Part shown: positions 10,819 through 21,100 of the stretch, piece after piece
Layout: each line of letters starts with the position of its first letter
How positions within the stretch are numbered: the first letter of the stretch is position 1
Assembly: GCA_965199755.1 (NCBI GenBank)
Contig: CBDASZ010000001.1
Location: 832,001 to 896,000 of the forward strand
Length of the DNA: 64,000 nt
Origin: an uncultured candidatus Porisulfidus sp.
GTDB lineage: Bacteria > Pseudomonadota > Gammaproteobacteria > Poriferisulfidales > Poriferisulfidaceae
Reading direction: 5' to 3'
Position numbers and translations under genes: made by a program
Notes under the pieces: generated by a model
Database searches by the model: none
What the model was told of the DNA's origin: nothing
The model's input: only the letters and a program-made list of their open reading frames with translations

Positions 10819-11846
10819 GCTGGGCGCACATCCCGCCATGGGTTGAGCCACTGTGGCAGCAGTGGCAGAGCGCCTACCGCGAAGATCGTCTGCCGCACGC
10901 GATTGTGCTAACCGGGCCTGCTGGGAACGGCAAGCGGGAGATAGTCGAAGCATTTGTGCGTGGTGCTCAGTGCCGCAATCCTGATAAACAGGGTTTGCCG
11001 TGCGAGCACTGTCCCTCCTGCATACAGTTCCCATCCTGTCACCGGATTGAAGAAAGTGCGCACCCGGATATTGCTTGGCTCCGTGTAGCCCGCTATTCCA
11101 TTGGCATTGATGATATTCGGGAGCACATCATCGGGCGGCTTTTGAAAAAAGCGAACTACGACGGCAACAAAATGCTGGTGATTGAGGCGGCTGAGCGCAT
11201 GACTCCGGCAGCCATGAATGCGCTATTGAAGAATCTCGAAGAGCCGCCGCCGAAGACGCATTTCTTCCTCATCACGCCGCAAACGCATCGCTTGTTGCCG
11301 ACCATCCGCAGTCGCTGTCAGTGCTATGTGCTGCCTAAAGCGTCATCCGAGCAAGCGCTCGCGTGGTTGTGTGAGCAGTCTTTAAGAGAGGAAGAGGCCC
11401 GACAAGCTTTGGATGCGGCTGACGGCATGCCTGTGCAGGCGCTGCACATGAGAGAAAGCGGGCAGATGCAGTTTCGGCAAGACTTCGATCGCGATCTGCT
11501 TCAGGTGCTGAGCGGCAAGCAACTGGAGACTCATTTCGCGCAAAACTGGAATACCACCGCCGCAAAGAAACGCAGCAAGAAAGATACCGGCACCGACATG
11601 GCGGAAGAGATTCCTATGGACTTGCGTCTGAACTGGATGATCCAGTTCGGCATTCAGATTATTCAGCGGTTGATCGCGAAACAGATTCCGGCCCCAGAAC
11701 TCCAGCGCGCCATGAAGGCGTATCGGGAGCTTCTGATGGTACGCGAGTATGAAGCGGCCACGCCTGCGCCGCAGTTGAATCTTGAGGCCGCCTGCCTTGC
11801 CTTGATGAAAATCCCCGGGATTCGCGAAGAGGCGGCTAGTCAATAA
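10815..11846 (+). CDS. holB: DNA polymerase III subunit delta'
   Basis: RLPHA, Zn cluster C..PCEHCPSC, HPD, NALLKNLEEPP, LLPTIRSRC; follows tmk. Confidence 0.88.
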   Translation: MSWAHIPPWVEPLWQQWQSAYREDRLPHAIVLTGPAGNGKREIVEAFVRGAQCRNPDKQGLPCEHCPSCIQFPSCHRIEESAHPDIAWLRVARYSIGIDDIREHIIGRLLKKANYDGNKMLVIEAAERMTPAAMNALLKNLEEPPPKTHFFLITPQTHRLLPTIRSRCQCYVLPKASSEQALAWLCEQSLREEEARQALDAADGMPVQALHMRESGQMQFRQDFDRDLLQVLSGKQLETHFAQNWNTTAAKKRSKKDTGTDMAEEIPMDLRLNWMIQFGIQIIQRLIAKQIPAPELQRAMKAYRELLMVREYEAATPAPQLNLEAACLALMKIPGIREEAASQ

Positions 11847-12969
11847 TCTGCTGGAGCTCCTCCAGCGCACGCTGCAGCACGTCTGCGGGCGTGTAGAAAT
11901 GCGGCGAGAAGCGAATGCCTCCCCCGCGCAGCGCACACAAGACATTACGACGCGTTAATGCCTCAAAGACAGCAGTGCTGTCCTTCGCTGGTGGCGTAAA
12001 GGTCAGTATGCCGGCGCGTCGTGATGCCTCCGGCGGTGTGAGGATCGTGCATCCCAAAGTCTGCAACGCCTGATCCAGTTGCTGCACACGATCCGCGATC
12101 CGGTCTTCGATTTCAATCATACCTATCTTACGCAGCATACTCAGGCTGGCGTGCAGCGCATAGATGCCAGTCGTATTTGGGCTACCGCACTCAAAGCGTC
12201 GTGCCGAGGAAGCCTCAGTCCACTCGATATCGTCATACTGCCCAAGACGTTCCGTCATGTGCCAGCCGTACTGCGACAATTGAAGGCGCTCATAGAGTTC
12301 CGGGCGAACCCAGAACAGGGCGATGCCTTCCGGACCCAGCATCCATTTGTGGCCGTCGGCAGCCAGAAAGTCAATGTGGCATTCGCGCACAGAAAGCGCA
12401 TGCGCGCCAAGGCTCTGAATCGCATCCACACACAGCAGAGTAGGGGTGTCGCGCAAGGCCTCTCCCAAAACTTTCATGTCCAGTTTCAGACCGCGCGCGT
12501 ACTGCACAGAGCTCACTGAAAGTACACGGGTCTTTGCATCCACATGCTCCAAGAGCGCATGTTCCGGTGTCGATGTGTCGGTTACGCTGACCCAGCGAAT
12601 CGCAACATCAAATCGCGCGGCTGCCGCCTCCCATGGGATGCGATTGGAAGGGAATTCCTCGCGCACCAGCACCATGTTGTCTCCCGCCTGCCAATCTAGA
12701 CCGAAGGCGACCATCGACAGGGCCTCGGAGGTGTTTTTCAGCAGGGCGATCTCATCCTTCGACTCCGCATCAATCAACCATCGCGCAAGTTCGCGCAGTT
12801 CGTCCTCATGCTGTAGCCACATGGCGTAGTGCTGGGTGCCCCATCGCGCGTTCTCGCATGCAAAGCGTGTGATTGCCTGCACTGTGTCGCGCGGCCATGG
12901 TGCCACTCCCGCGTGGTTCAGGTGAATCAGCCGGGAATCAAGATCAAAATGGTCGCTGAAAAAGGACAT
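11836..12969 (-). CDS. Class V PLP-dependent aminotransferase-fold enzyme (C-S lyase-like)
   Basis: HLNHAGVAP, VDAIQSLG, ADGHKW PLP lysine, IRFSPHFY. Confidence 0.85.
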   Translation of the reverse strand: MSFFSDHFDLDSRLIHLNHAGVAPWPRDTVQAITRFACENARWGTQHYAMWLQHEDELRELARWLIDAESKDEIALLKNTSEALSMVAFGLDWQAGDNMVLVREEFPSNRIPWEAAAARFDVAIRWVSVTDTSTPEHALLEHVDAKTRVLSVSSVQYARGLKLDMKVLGEALRDTPTLLCVDAIQSLGAHALSVRECHIDFLAADGHKWMLGPEGIALFWVRPELYERLQLSQYGWHMTERLGQYDDIEWTEASSARRFECGSPNTTGIYALHASLSMLRKIGMIEIEDRIADRVQQLDQALQTLGCTILTPPEASRRAGILTFTPPAKDSTAVFEALTRRNVLCALRGGGIRFSPHFYTPADVLQRALEELQQIID

Positions 12970-12995
12970 GGGACTATACTACTCGCTTCAAACGA

Positions 12996-14042
12996 ATGAT
13001 GCTCATGTTCAACTATCGCGCATTGCCCCCGCAGGTCTTCATGGCGGTGCTCCTTGGCATCTCCGCACTCCCCGTGCGCGGAGAAATTCTGGAACTTCCC
13101 AAAGAGGGGAATTCCGTCGTCGGAGCCATGTACCAGATTACCACGGCATACGGTGAGACGACGCCCGTACTGGCGCAAGCGCACGAAGTAGGGTACCACG
13201 AGCTGCTCTGGGCCAACCCCAACGTCCACTCATGGATGCCCGGAGAGGGCGCGCAGTTGCGCATTCCACGCCAGTACATCCTGCCCGGCGATGCCCGGGA
13301 AGGGATTGTTTTGAACATCGCTGAATTGCGACTTTACTTTTACGATCAGCCTGAAGACGGCCCCGCCCAAGTGCGAAGTTATCCGGTCAGCATTGGTCGC
13401 ATCGACTGGGTCACGCCGCTAGGCCAGACAAAAATCGTGGATCGTCTGGAGAACCCGAACTGGTATCCGCCCGCTTCGGTGCGGCTGGAACATCAGCAGC
13501 GCGGCGATGAACTGCCGCGCATAGTCGGGCCCGGCCCGGATAACCCGCTCGGTCAGTATGCGCTGATGCTGGAGACACCGGGTTACTTCATTCATGGCAC
13601 GAACCGGGAAGAGGGAATAGGGATGCGGGTGACGCACGGGTGCATTCGCATGCGCAGTCAGGATATTTTGGAGTTGATTTATAAAGTCAATGTAGGCACA
13701 CCGGTGCAGATCCTGTCCATGCCGATTAAGGTCGGAATCTTGGACGGCGTGGTGTACTTGGAGGTGCATACAAAACCGCTGGAAGAATTTCCCGTAGCAG
13801 TCGCGGAACCGGTGATGAGCGAGGCCGACATCTCGGCACCACTAGCGGCATTGGAAGAGCAGTTGCCGGCAGGGGACTATGTGATTTATTGGGACCGTGT
13901 GATGGAAGTTGCGCGCCGCAAGCATGGAGTGCCAGAGGCCATTGGTTGGAGTCAGACTGTTTCTCCAGCCCCACCGGATCAACCGGAGTTGCTGTGGCGT
14001 GTAGAGGCACCGCCTGCACCTGAGCCGGAGCCTGAAGCTTAA
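12996..14042 (+). CDS. L,D-transpeptidase (ErfK/YcfS/YnhG family)
   Basis: Signal peptide, LysM-like region, GPDNPLG, YFIHGTN...THGCIRM catalytic motif. Confidence 0.92.
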   Translation: MMLMFNYRALPPQVFMAVLLGISALPVRGEILELPKEGNSVVGAMYQITTAYGETTPVLAQAHEVGYHELLWANPNVHSWMPGEGAQLRIPRQYILPGDAREGIVLNIAELRLYFYDQPEDGPAQVRSYPVSIGRIDWVTPLGQTKIVDRLENPNWYPPASVRLEHQQRGDELPRIVGPGPDNPLGQYALMLETPGYFIHGTNREEGIGMRVTHGCIRMRSQDILELIYKVNVGTPVQILSMPIKVGILDGVVYLEVHTKPLEEFPVAVAEPVMSEADISAPLAALEEQLPAGDYVIYWDRVMEVARRKHGVPEAIGWSQTVSPAPPDQPELLWRVEAPPAPEPEPEA

Positions 14043-14045
14043 AAG

Positions 14046-14071
14046 AAAAGAGCCCGACCTGCGGGCTCTTT
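14046..14071. terminator. Bidirectional rho-independent terminator
   Basis: AAAAGAGCCCG-ACCTG-CGGGCTCTTT hairpin with A/T tails between convergent LDT and Lpp genes. Confidence 0.85.
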
Positions 14072-14099
14072 CCAGATGTACCGTTCGGTACGAGAAGAA

Positions 14100-14399
14100 T
14101 TACTTCTTCTGCATGTCGTGGAACATCGTGTTGAGGCGATGGGAATTCGCATCGCAGCAAGAAATTGCCATACGCGCCAGCTCGTCAGCCGTAGAAGCCG
14201 CTTGGCTGCCTTGATAGGCAATATGATCCGCTGCTTTCGCCATGCGCAGTGCTTCATCCGCCGTCGACTGTGCTGCAGCAACTTGCGAATCAAGCGCAGC
14301 GAGATGGTCCATGACTTCTTGCGGAACACCGCAACCGGTCAGAACAGCTGCACCTAGTACGGCGCTCAAGGCCAAGGCCTTTGCTTTGGTATTCTTCAT
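14100..14399 (-). CDS. Lpp/OprI-family alanine-zipper outer-membrane lipoprotein
   Basis: Lipobox LTGC, Ala-rich heptads (AQSTADEALRMA / AASTADELARMA), C-terminal ..RLNTMFHDMQKK. Confidence 0.85.
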   Translation of the reverse strand: MKNTKAKALALSAVLGAAVLTGCGVPQEVMDHLAALDSQVAAAQSTADEALRMAKAADHIAYQGSQAASTADELARMAISCCDANSHRLNTMFHDMQKK

Positions 14400-14724
14400 A
14401 TCAACTCCAGAAGTTGTTTTAGTTTAGTTTTAAGTGCACTTTTTACGGCGCACCCGCTAGCAACAATTACTAGAGTTGAGCACCGCAGGGCTGAATTGTA
14501 ATAGTTTTCTCATCATAATTCAACTGCGTTGAACTGTCACTGCAAATTATTAAGGTGCCGATACGTCGCGATGGCGTATGTTGGAGACTTTCTGACAGCC
14601 GCAGTTCGCGTCATGTTGATTGAACGATGAGGGTGAAATCTTCTCCAAGACTCGTTGAAACCTAATCGAGATTCAGGGTAGCCCTACTGGGGCTGTATTT
14701 TGCTACTGGCTAAATATCCATAAT

Positions 14725-14752
14725 ACTTCGCATAATGAATATTATGTAAAGT
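14725..14752. other. dif: dif-like XerC/XerD chromosome dimer resolution site
   Basis: ACTTCGCATAA-TGAATA-TTATGTAAAGT, an 11-6-11 match to E. coli dif GGTGCGCATAA-TGTATA-TTATGTTAAAT, in an AT-rich intergenic region. Confidence 0.85.
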
Positions 14753-14811
14753 TATTAAAACGCCGTACCGTACACTAATCTGTAACCACACCACGTGCCT
14801 AGCCTTCAACC

Positions 14812-15654
14812 ATGAGACTCGCCCTGCATTCAGACACGCATCACAACTTCGGCCACACCAGTGGCTGGCCGTACTCGCTGCCTGAACATGACGTCCTCAT
14901 TTTGGCTGGCGACATCTCCGAGTTCCACGGCAACACCAGTGACCTCAATTGCGTGCTGGAGCATTTCCGCAGCCGTACGCAAGCGCCGATCCTGTACTTA
15001 CCCGGCAACCATGAGTTCTACCACCAGGAATACCATCAGGTCATCGAACGTCTCGATGAACTTTGTGCGGAACTTGATATTGATTTCCTACACCGCCGCG
15101 GCATCCGCTACGGCGATGTCGCATTCCACGGTTGCACGTTATGGTCGGATTTCCGACTGCACGCGCCATACGCGGACCCAGATCTGGATCTCGACAGAAA
15201 CCGCGAACTGTGGGAAGGCGCGATGAGCAACTCCGGCATTCGACTTAACGATTTCTACCACATTCGCCACGGAGACGGGACACTGACACCTGAGCGCTGC
15301 GCCGCACTGCATGGCGAAGAACGCGCGTGGTTGACACAGGCTCTGTCTGAGTCAGAAGCATCGCACAACGTCGTGATCACTCATTTTGCGCCGTGTTTTC
15401 GCTGCGTTGAAAACACACCCGACAAGCAAGGCCTAATGCGCGCGTACTATGTCGCGGACTGCGATGATCTGGTCGAACAATACCAGCCTGACTTATGGCT
15501 GTACGGTCACGTGCACTACGCCGCTGACTTCACCCATCACGGCACGCGCTTTGTCAATAACGCCCACGGTTATCCCGGATCCGGCCAAGTAACAGGCTTT
15601 GCGCCTGAAATGACTTTGGAGATTGGCTCGGAACTAACGGTACCGATTGCGTAG
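14812..15654 (+). CDS. Calcineurin-like metallophosphoesterase
   Basis: SDTH, LAGDI, PGNHEFY, VITHFAP, YGHVH motifs. Confidence 0.9.
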   Translation: MRLALHSDTHHNFGHTSGWPYSLPEHDVLILAGDISEFHGNTSDLNCVLEHFRSRTQAPILYLPGNHEFYHQEYHQVIERLDELCAELDIDFLHRRGIRYGDVAFHGCTLWSDFRLHAPYADPDLDLDRNRELWEGAMSNSGIRLNDFYHIRHGDGTLTPERCAALHGEERAWLTQALSESEASHNVVITHFAPCFRCVENTPDKQGLMRAYYVADCDDLVEQYQPDLWLYGHVHYAADFTHHGTRFVNNAHGYPGSGQVTGFAPEMTLEIGSELTVPIA

Positions 15655-16401
15655 CACGCCGATCCCTTCGATCTCGACTTCCACCGTGCAGCCGCGCGGC
15701 ATCGGCCCTAGTCCGCAAGACGTGCCGCAGCAAATCACATCACCCGGTAACAGACTCATGTTGCGCGACAAATACGACACAATCTCCGGCGGGCCCATCA
15801 TCATGTCGCTGGCCGGATAGCGCTGGCGCTCCTCACCATCAACGCGCGTCACAATCTCCAGATCCCGATAGTCCAGATCCGTCGCCACCACAGGACCGAA
15901 TACGCCGAACGTGTCAAATCCCTTCGAGCGCGTCCACTGATCAAAACCCTCATAGTCCTTAAGAATACTGAATGCAGTCACGTCATTGATGCAGGTGTAG
16001 CCGAAGATCGCGTCCGCAGCCTTTTCCACGTCCACTTCCTTTACGCGCCGGCCAATAACGATCCCCAGTTCCCCCTCATAAAACACGTCTTCTTCAATTG
16101 AGGCGGGATGCTCAATGACTTCTTCCGTCGCCAGAAATGAGGACGTCGCCTTGAACAGATACAGCGGGGTTTGCGGAAAGTTCAGGCCCTTCTCTTGCGC
16201 CAGTGCCTTGTAGTTGTTCCACAGAGCCGGCATCTTGCTTGGCTGCGTCGGTGTCAACAGGCGCACCTCTGATGAATCCACGGTTTCTCCTGCGGATTGC
16301 GGCGAATCAAACATGTCGCCCTCGCAAACCTCGATAGTGTTCCCATTTAACCGCCCAAAACCCATGCGATTGCCCTGTGTAAATCGTACCCAGTGTGTCA
16401 T
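15634..16401 (-). CDS. Fumarylacetoacetate hydrolase family protein
   Basis: YEGELGIVIG, GYTCINDVTA, RSKGFDTF, LLPGDVICCGT. Confidence 0.92.
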   Translation of the reverse strand: MTHWVRFTQGNRMGFGRLNGNTIEVCEGDMFDSPQSAGETVDSSEVRLLTPTQPSKMPALWNNYKALAQEKGLNFPQTPLYLFKATSSFLATEEVIEHPASIEEDVFYEGELGIVIGRRVKEVDVEKAADAIFGYTCINDVTAFSILKDYEGFDQWTRSKGFDTFGVFGPVVATDLDYRDLEIVTRVDGEERQRYPASDMMMGPPEIVSYLSRNMSLLPGDVICCGTSCGLGPMPRGCTVEVEIEGIGVLRNRYR

Positions 16402-17360
16402 GTTGCCAATTCCTTAGAAAGATTTTTCAAATAATTGATTCTGCTGTTATTTAATGATGCAGCATTGGTCGCTTTGCGCCAGTCTCGCGCACCCGGCCGG
16501 TTGCGAAACAGGCCAGACAGGTGTCGCGTTATTCGAACCAGCGGAACACCCCGACTCTCCTGCTCTAGCAAGTAAGAGAAATAAGCATCCAGTACGGCAA
16601 GCGGCATCGGCAAGACGCTGCCTTCAGGAAACAGATGGCGCTCAATATGCCGGACCTGTGCAGGGTTCTCATACGCCAAACGTCCGACCATTACTCCGTC
16701 GACGCACCCCAGATGCTCCTGAACTTCCCTCACATCCCGTATCCCGCCATTCAAAATGATTTCGCAAGAGGGAAACTGTTGCTTCAATCGATAAACGCGT
16801 GCGTAATTCAGTGGCGGAATGGTGCGATTCTGCCTGGGACTGAGCCCGCGCGACAGAAGCGCCTTGCGTGCATGCACGTAAAAAACCCAACAACCCGCCG
16901 CCGAAACGGTCTGAACAAACTCAAGCAAAGATTCCTCTGCATCCTGATCATCCACCCCGATTCGGCACTTGACCGTAACCGGGACAGTAACCTTCGCCTG
17001 CATGGCTGCAACACACTGTGCAACCTGTGTCGGCTCGCGCATCAGACACGCGCCAAACCGCCCTTGCTGTACCTTGCCGCTAGGGCAGCCCACATTCAAG
17101 TTGATCTCATCATAGCCACGGGCTTCTGCAATAACTGCGGCATGCGCCAATTCTTCCGGATCGCTGCCGCCAAGTTGCAGCACCAGCGGGTGTTCGCTGG
17201 GATCGAATTCCAGCAGTTGAGGGTCGCCATGCAAGACCGCGCCTGAGGTTATCATTTCTGTAAACAACCGGGCATGAGGCGCCAGTAACCGCATGAGATA
17301 GCGGAAATGACGGTCCGTATAGTCCATCATCGGCGCAATGCAAAAAAGACGGTCAATCAC
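16398..17360 (-). CDS. dusA: tRNA-dihydrouridine(20/20a) synthase
   Basis: APMMDYTDRHFRY, QLGGSDP, NLNVGCPS, HARKA..GLSPRQNRTIPPL. Confidence 0.93.
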   Translation of the reverse strand: MIDRLFCIAPMMDYTDRHFRYLMRLLAPHARLFTEMITSGAVLHGDPQLLEFDPSEHPLVLQLGGSDPEELAHAAVIAEARGYDEINLNVGCPSGKVQQGRFGACLMREPTQVAQCVAAMQAKVTVPVTVKCRIGVDDQDAEESLLEFVQTVSAAGCWVFYVHARKALLSRGLSPRQNRTIPPLNYARVYRLKQQFPSCEIILNGGIRDVREVQEHLGCVDGVMVGRLAYENPAQVRHIERHLFPEGSVLPMPLAVLDAYFSYLLEQESRGVPLVRITRHLSGLFRNRPGARDWRKATNAASLNNSRINYLKNLSKELAT

Positions 17361-17504
17361 AGTGAGAGCACATAATAGGAACTGGAGGGAGAGATGGGAC
17401 TTATTTATATTGCCTGCAAGAATAATGTGCCAGAAAAAATTCGCAACTTGCTCAATCGTTTCTGCACACCTGTATTTTGCAGCATACTAAAAACGCCAAT
17501 ATCT

Positions 17505-18191
17505 TCAACTGACGGATTCAAGGAATTTCTCTGGCGCAATCACCGCCTCGCGATTCAATTTAGTCGCCCACGCTCTAACCTGTCTCTCATCCGCACTTGC
17601 GATGGCTTCACATACTGCCCGATCCCATTCTTGTCTCACTTCGGTGTATCCCTCCCGATATTGAGGCACATCAATGTCTTTTGTGTTCTCCCAAGCCTCT
17701 ACCAAACGATTAATCACCTTGGTCTTTTTCGGACAGGGCACAATTACTTGAGATAGTCCTTTGGGATTCCAGTTCGGCCATCCTAGCCCTTTTCCACCTC
17801 TGTGTTTGAACAGTTCTATTCTTCCGAGAGTACTGTTGAGCCACACGGCCCATGCCTTTGCTAGTTCCATGTCTACGCCTTGGACCGGCTTCCATACCAT
17901 TCCAATGGTTCGCTTCGTACAGACAACTGCCCCCACCCGTGCAGATTCCAGATTTTGCCCCGTGCACAGCATAAGATGTGCTGCATACTCGCTAGTCCAC
18001 TTTTTCCATAGCCGTTTTTCGCGCTCAGCATAACTTGCGTCGCTTTCTCCTTTTTTGCGCTTCAACTGCATCACTGAATCAGTTTTTCCGGCTAGCCGTG
18101 TCTGTCCAGATTCAGCTTTGCTATTCATGATCATACGTCGTATTCCGGTTCCGTCAAATTGCACTAGTGCGCCATCACCTGAGGCACGCAT
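17505..18191 (-). CDS. Putative C-terminal target-recognition portion of the RM enzyme (out of frame with upstream ORF)
   Basis: 228 aa; AWAVWLNSTLG...WPNWNPKGLSQVIVP resembles specificity-domain LNS motifs; joins upstream ORF if the G tract is 11 or 14 nt. Confidence 0.65.
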   Translation of the reverse strand: MRASGDGALVQFDGTGIRRMIMNSKAESGQTRLAGKTDSVMQLKRKKGESDASYAEREKRLWKKWTSEYAAHLMLCTGQNLESARVGAVVCTKRTIGMVWKPVQGVDMELAKAWAVWLNSTLGRIELFKHRGGKGLGWPNWNPKGLSQVIVPCPKKTKVINRLVEAWENTKDIDVPQYREGYTEVRQEWDRAVCEAIASADERQVRAWATKLNREAVIAPEKFLESVS

Positions 18192-21100
18192 CCGTACCCC
18201 CCCCCCCCCTTAATTTCAACTTCGCCGATGGCAATAAGTTCGTCCCACGACTCCATCATCTCAACAGCTTCATCCAGAGTTGGGTCAGACCATCCTGCTG
18301 CACTCCAGTCACCTTGCTGGAGACGCATATTACTGACTTGCCATGTCTTCACCCCAAGGACGTGTGCACCGCCTCGAATCGCTTCAACAATCTCAAGCAC
18401 CTCGTCTGTAGTTTCAGGCATACGTCCAATGCTCACAAATGTAGTTGATCGATTTGTTCCCCGTTCATCACGTGTCCCAATGACTAAGCTTTCGTTTGCG
18501 GCCGTGTTTTGACTCATATTAGGCTGTTTAGGATCGTGGGCCGTTACCACATATTGAATGTGCAATTCTCTCGCGAGGATTTTGCGTTGTTGCAATCCGG
18601 TTGGCGCTAGTAATCCGATAGTCGGAAGTACCATGCCTAATACTCCGCTATCCTGATCAATACACCTGAGACCTAATCCAACATATAGCGGTTGGGTTGT
18701 GTTTTTGTCAGTTATGTCTTTAAGGTCTGCACATCGTGTATCCATGACCGCTTGTCCGGCATCGATTCGGCGCCGTATTGCTTTTTGCTCTTCAGGTTTA
18801 AACTTCATGCCAAGTTTTTTACGTGTCACGAATGGAGGATTGGTCAAAACCACCCGTCTTCCAACAACTGTGTCCACCACATCCTCGACTTTTCCTTTCT
18901 GCTCTGTTGGCTCGTCATCTTTCAAGCCAATCTGCTGACCCTTAGCAGCCGTTTTGTACGGCAGTAGAGTCTCCGGGAACAAGTCATCTTCATCTGTTTC
19001 ACCAACTACACGCTCGTCTACAAGCAACTCCAAAGACCCCGCTTTTGCTGGCTCGTTATGGTTGTCTCCTTGCTGCCCATAAGGCATCTTCCAAAGGTTC
19101 ATGCTCTTATAACGAGCATCAATGTCTCCAATGATGAGTTGTGCTCCTGCAAGCTGAAGGGACACAGGATTTATGTCTAACCCAACCACACCGTGTTCTA
19201 CAGCATATTTGTGGAGTTTTTTCAAGGTTTTCTCGTCAGCACCTTGCTCACGTGCACGCCGTTTCATCGCGGTTATATATGCGATCAACAACGTTCCGCT
19301 ACCGCAGGTTGGATCAAACGCGCGGGCATCTCTCCAAGTCTCCTTCTTTTTCCAGTCGACCTCTCCAATACTTTCCGTCACCAGTTCCGCAAGTAGCATG
19401 GCCGCCATTGGCTTAGTGAAATAGGCGCCATCCGAAGCTTGATTACCCATAACCTTGTTAAATAGTTCTCCGGCGAAATCCATACCCATCGCTGCGTAGG
19501 TTTCAGCAATGTTTGCCGCATCCTTTGCAATGCCTCTAAGTGCTGCATCAAGTGCTACCGTTTTGCGAACTTCGCGTGTCAGATGGAAAAGCAGATTCCG
19601 GCTTAAAGTAAATACTGGCTGATAATCGATTTCAAGAATCTGATTCCAGATCGATATGAGGTCTTCCGCTGGCGCCCCAGAAGTTTGTACATCGATTAGT
19701 CTTTGAATCTTGCGACCTTCCATGACTTTGCCTTGCTCCAACCGCGCTTGCACAATGCAAGCCATCATCATCATCAGTGCTGTGACAGTACATGCATCAG
19801 CACTCTTCTCTGTCTGTTGGATTCTGTCCATTCCAAGCTGGCCTCGGAGTTCACGCTCAAGACCATCTTCGCGTAATTGATGTGAGGAACGTTCAACTGT
19901 CTCACGTAAAATATTGAAATCTCGCTCAGCCCCACTTAATAGCCCTGATCGTTTTAGCAAGTTAACACGTATGGCATCTGCCTGTGGACCAAGTTTGTCG
20001 AGTAGAGATAGTTCACCTTGGAACGCTTTCTCTTTGTTTGCATTATTGATTCCTTTTTGCGGGTCACGTAGTTTGATGGCCTCTTTGTCTCGTCTGGCAC
20101 AAGCGACTGTTAGTAATTCTCGTGCCTGTGCCGCTGCCGGACCTACCGGATAACCTTTATTCTCCCTTGGGTAATTGACTTCTGCACAAACTCCTGCAAC
20201 TTTTGGCTTCTCGCGGTGCGTGTCGTCTACGATGATAGTATCGTATGGTCTCTGCTGAATGATCGTGTCGCCATCGACATCCTTGACTTCTCCATTATTC
20301 TGAAGCCGCTCAATAACACTCGACTGATCTCCTACATCTGCAATGAGAGGTTGAATGCTATCAGCGAGACCAACCCAGAGCAAACTTTTGATGCGACCAT
20401 CATCTGACTTCACTGTGATGAGATGCGGCACGTGCTCTTTGGAAGGCTTCGGCACTACCAACGTGAGTTGATCTGTTAATGCACTTTCGATTCGATCATC
20501 ATGTGCACGCAGCGCATTTAGCACTTGCCCGAGTTCCTTCCATCCTTCATCATTTGTCTGTGACTCGAGCCAGCTTTCTGCACACTGTCCGGCCGGAATT
20601 ACCAGTGGCACAATTATCAGTCCAATCTCTTTTTTGCTACTCCGGCGCATTACACGCCCCACGGCTTGGATTACATCTACTGGACTTTTTCTTGGCTCAA
20701 TGAAGGCGACTGCACTCAGATCTGGCGTATCGATCCCTTCTCCGAATATTCCGACGTTGCATACTGCATATGGCTTTTCGTTTGTGGCAGTGCGCAATTT
20801 CTCCAGTGCCAACTCGCGATTGACTGCACCATCACTGGAATCGCGATGCTCAAGACTGTATTCGATCTTCTCAGCGTGCCCTACACTTGCCTTCTCTTTC
20901 ACCCATACACGAACATTTTCTTTGCTGAGATCAGTGACTAATTCTTTCGAGCGGCTTATTCGATTACAAAAAGCAATGCTAGAGCGTATGGAGAGATGAC
21001 CATTCGCATTTAAAGCTGGCACCCCGCCTCCCAATGCCAAACTGTATGCCAGTTTACGCACTGCCAGACTCGTGTTGTGTCCTCGTGGGTCAGCTTTGTG

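Noticed and set aside
11836-12969. Cysteine desulfurase IscS/SufS call
   Set aside because: Lacks the SSGSAC or RxGHHC catalytic loop and has no Fe-S cluster genes nearby; left as a generic class V PLP enzyme.
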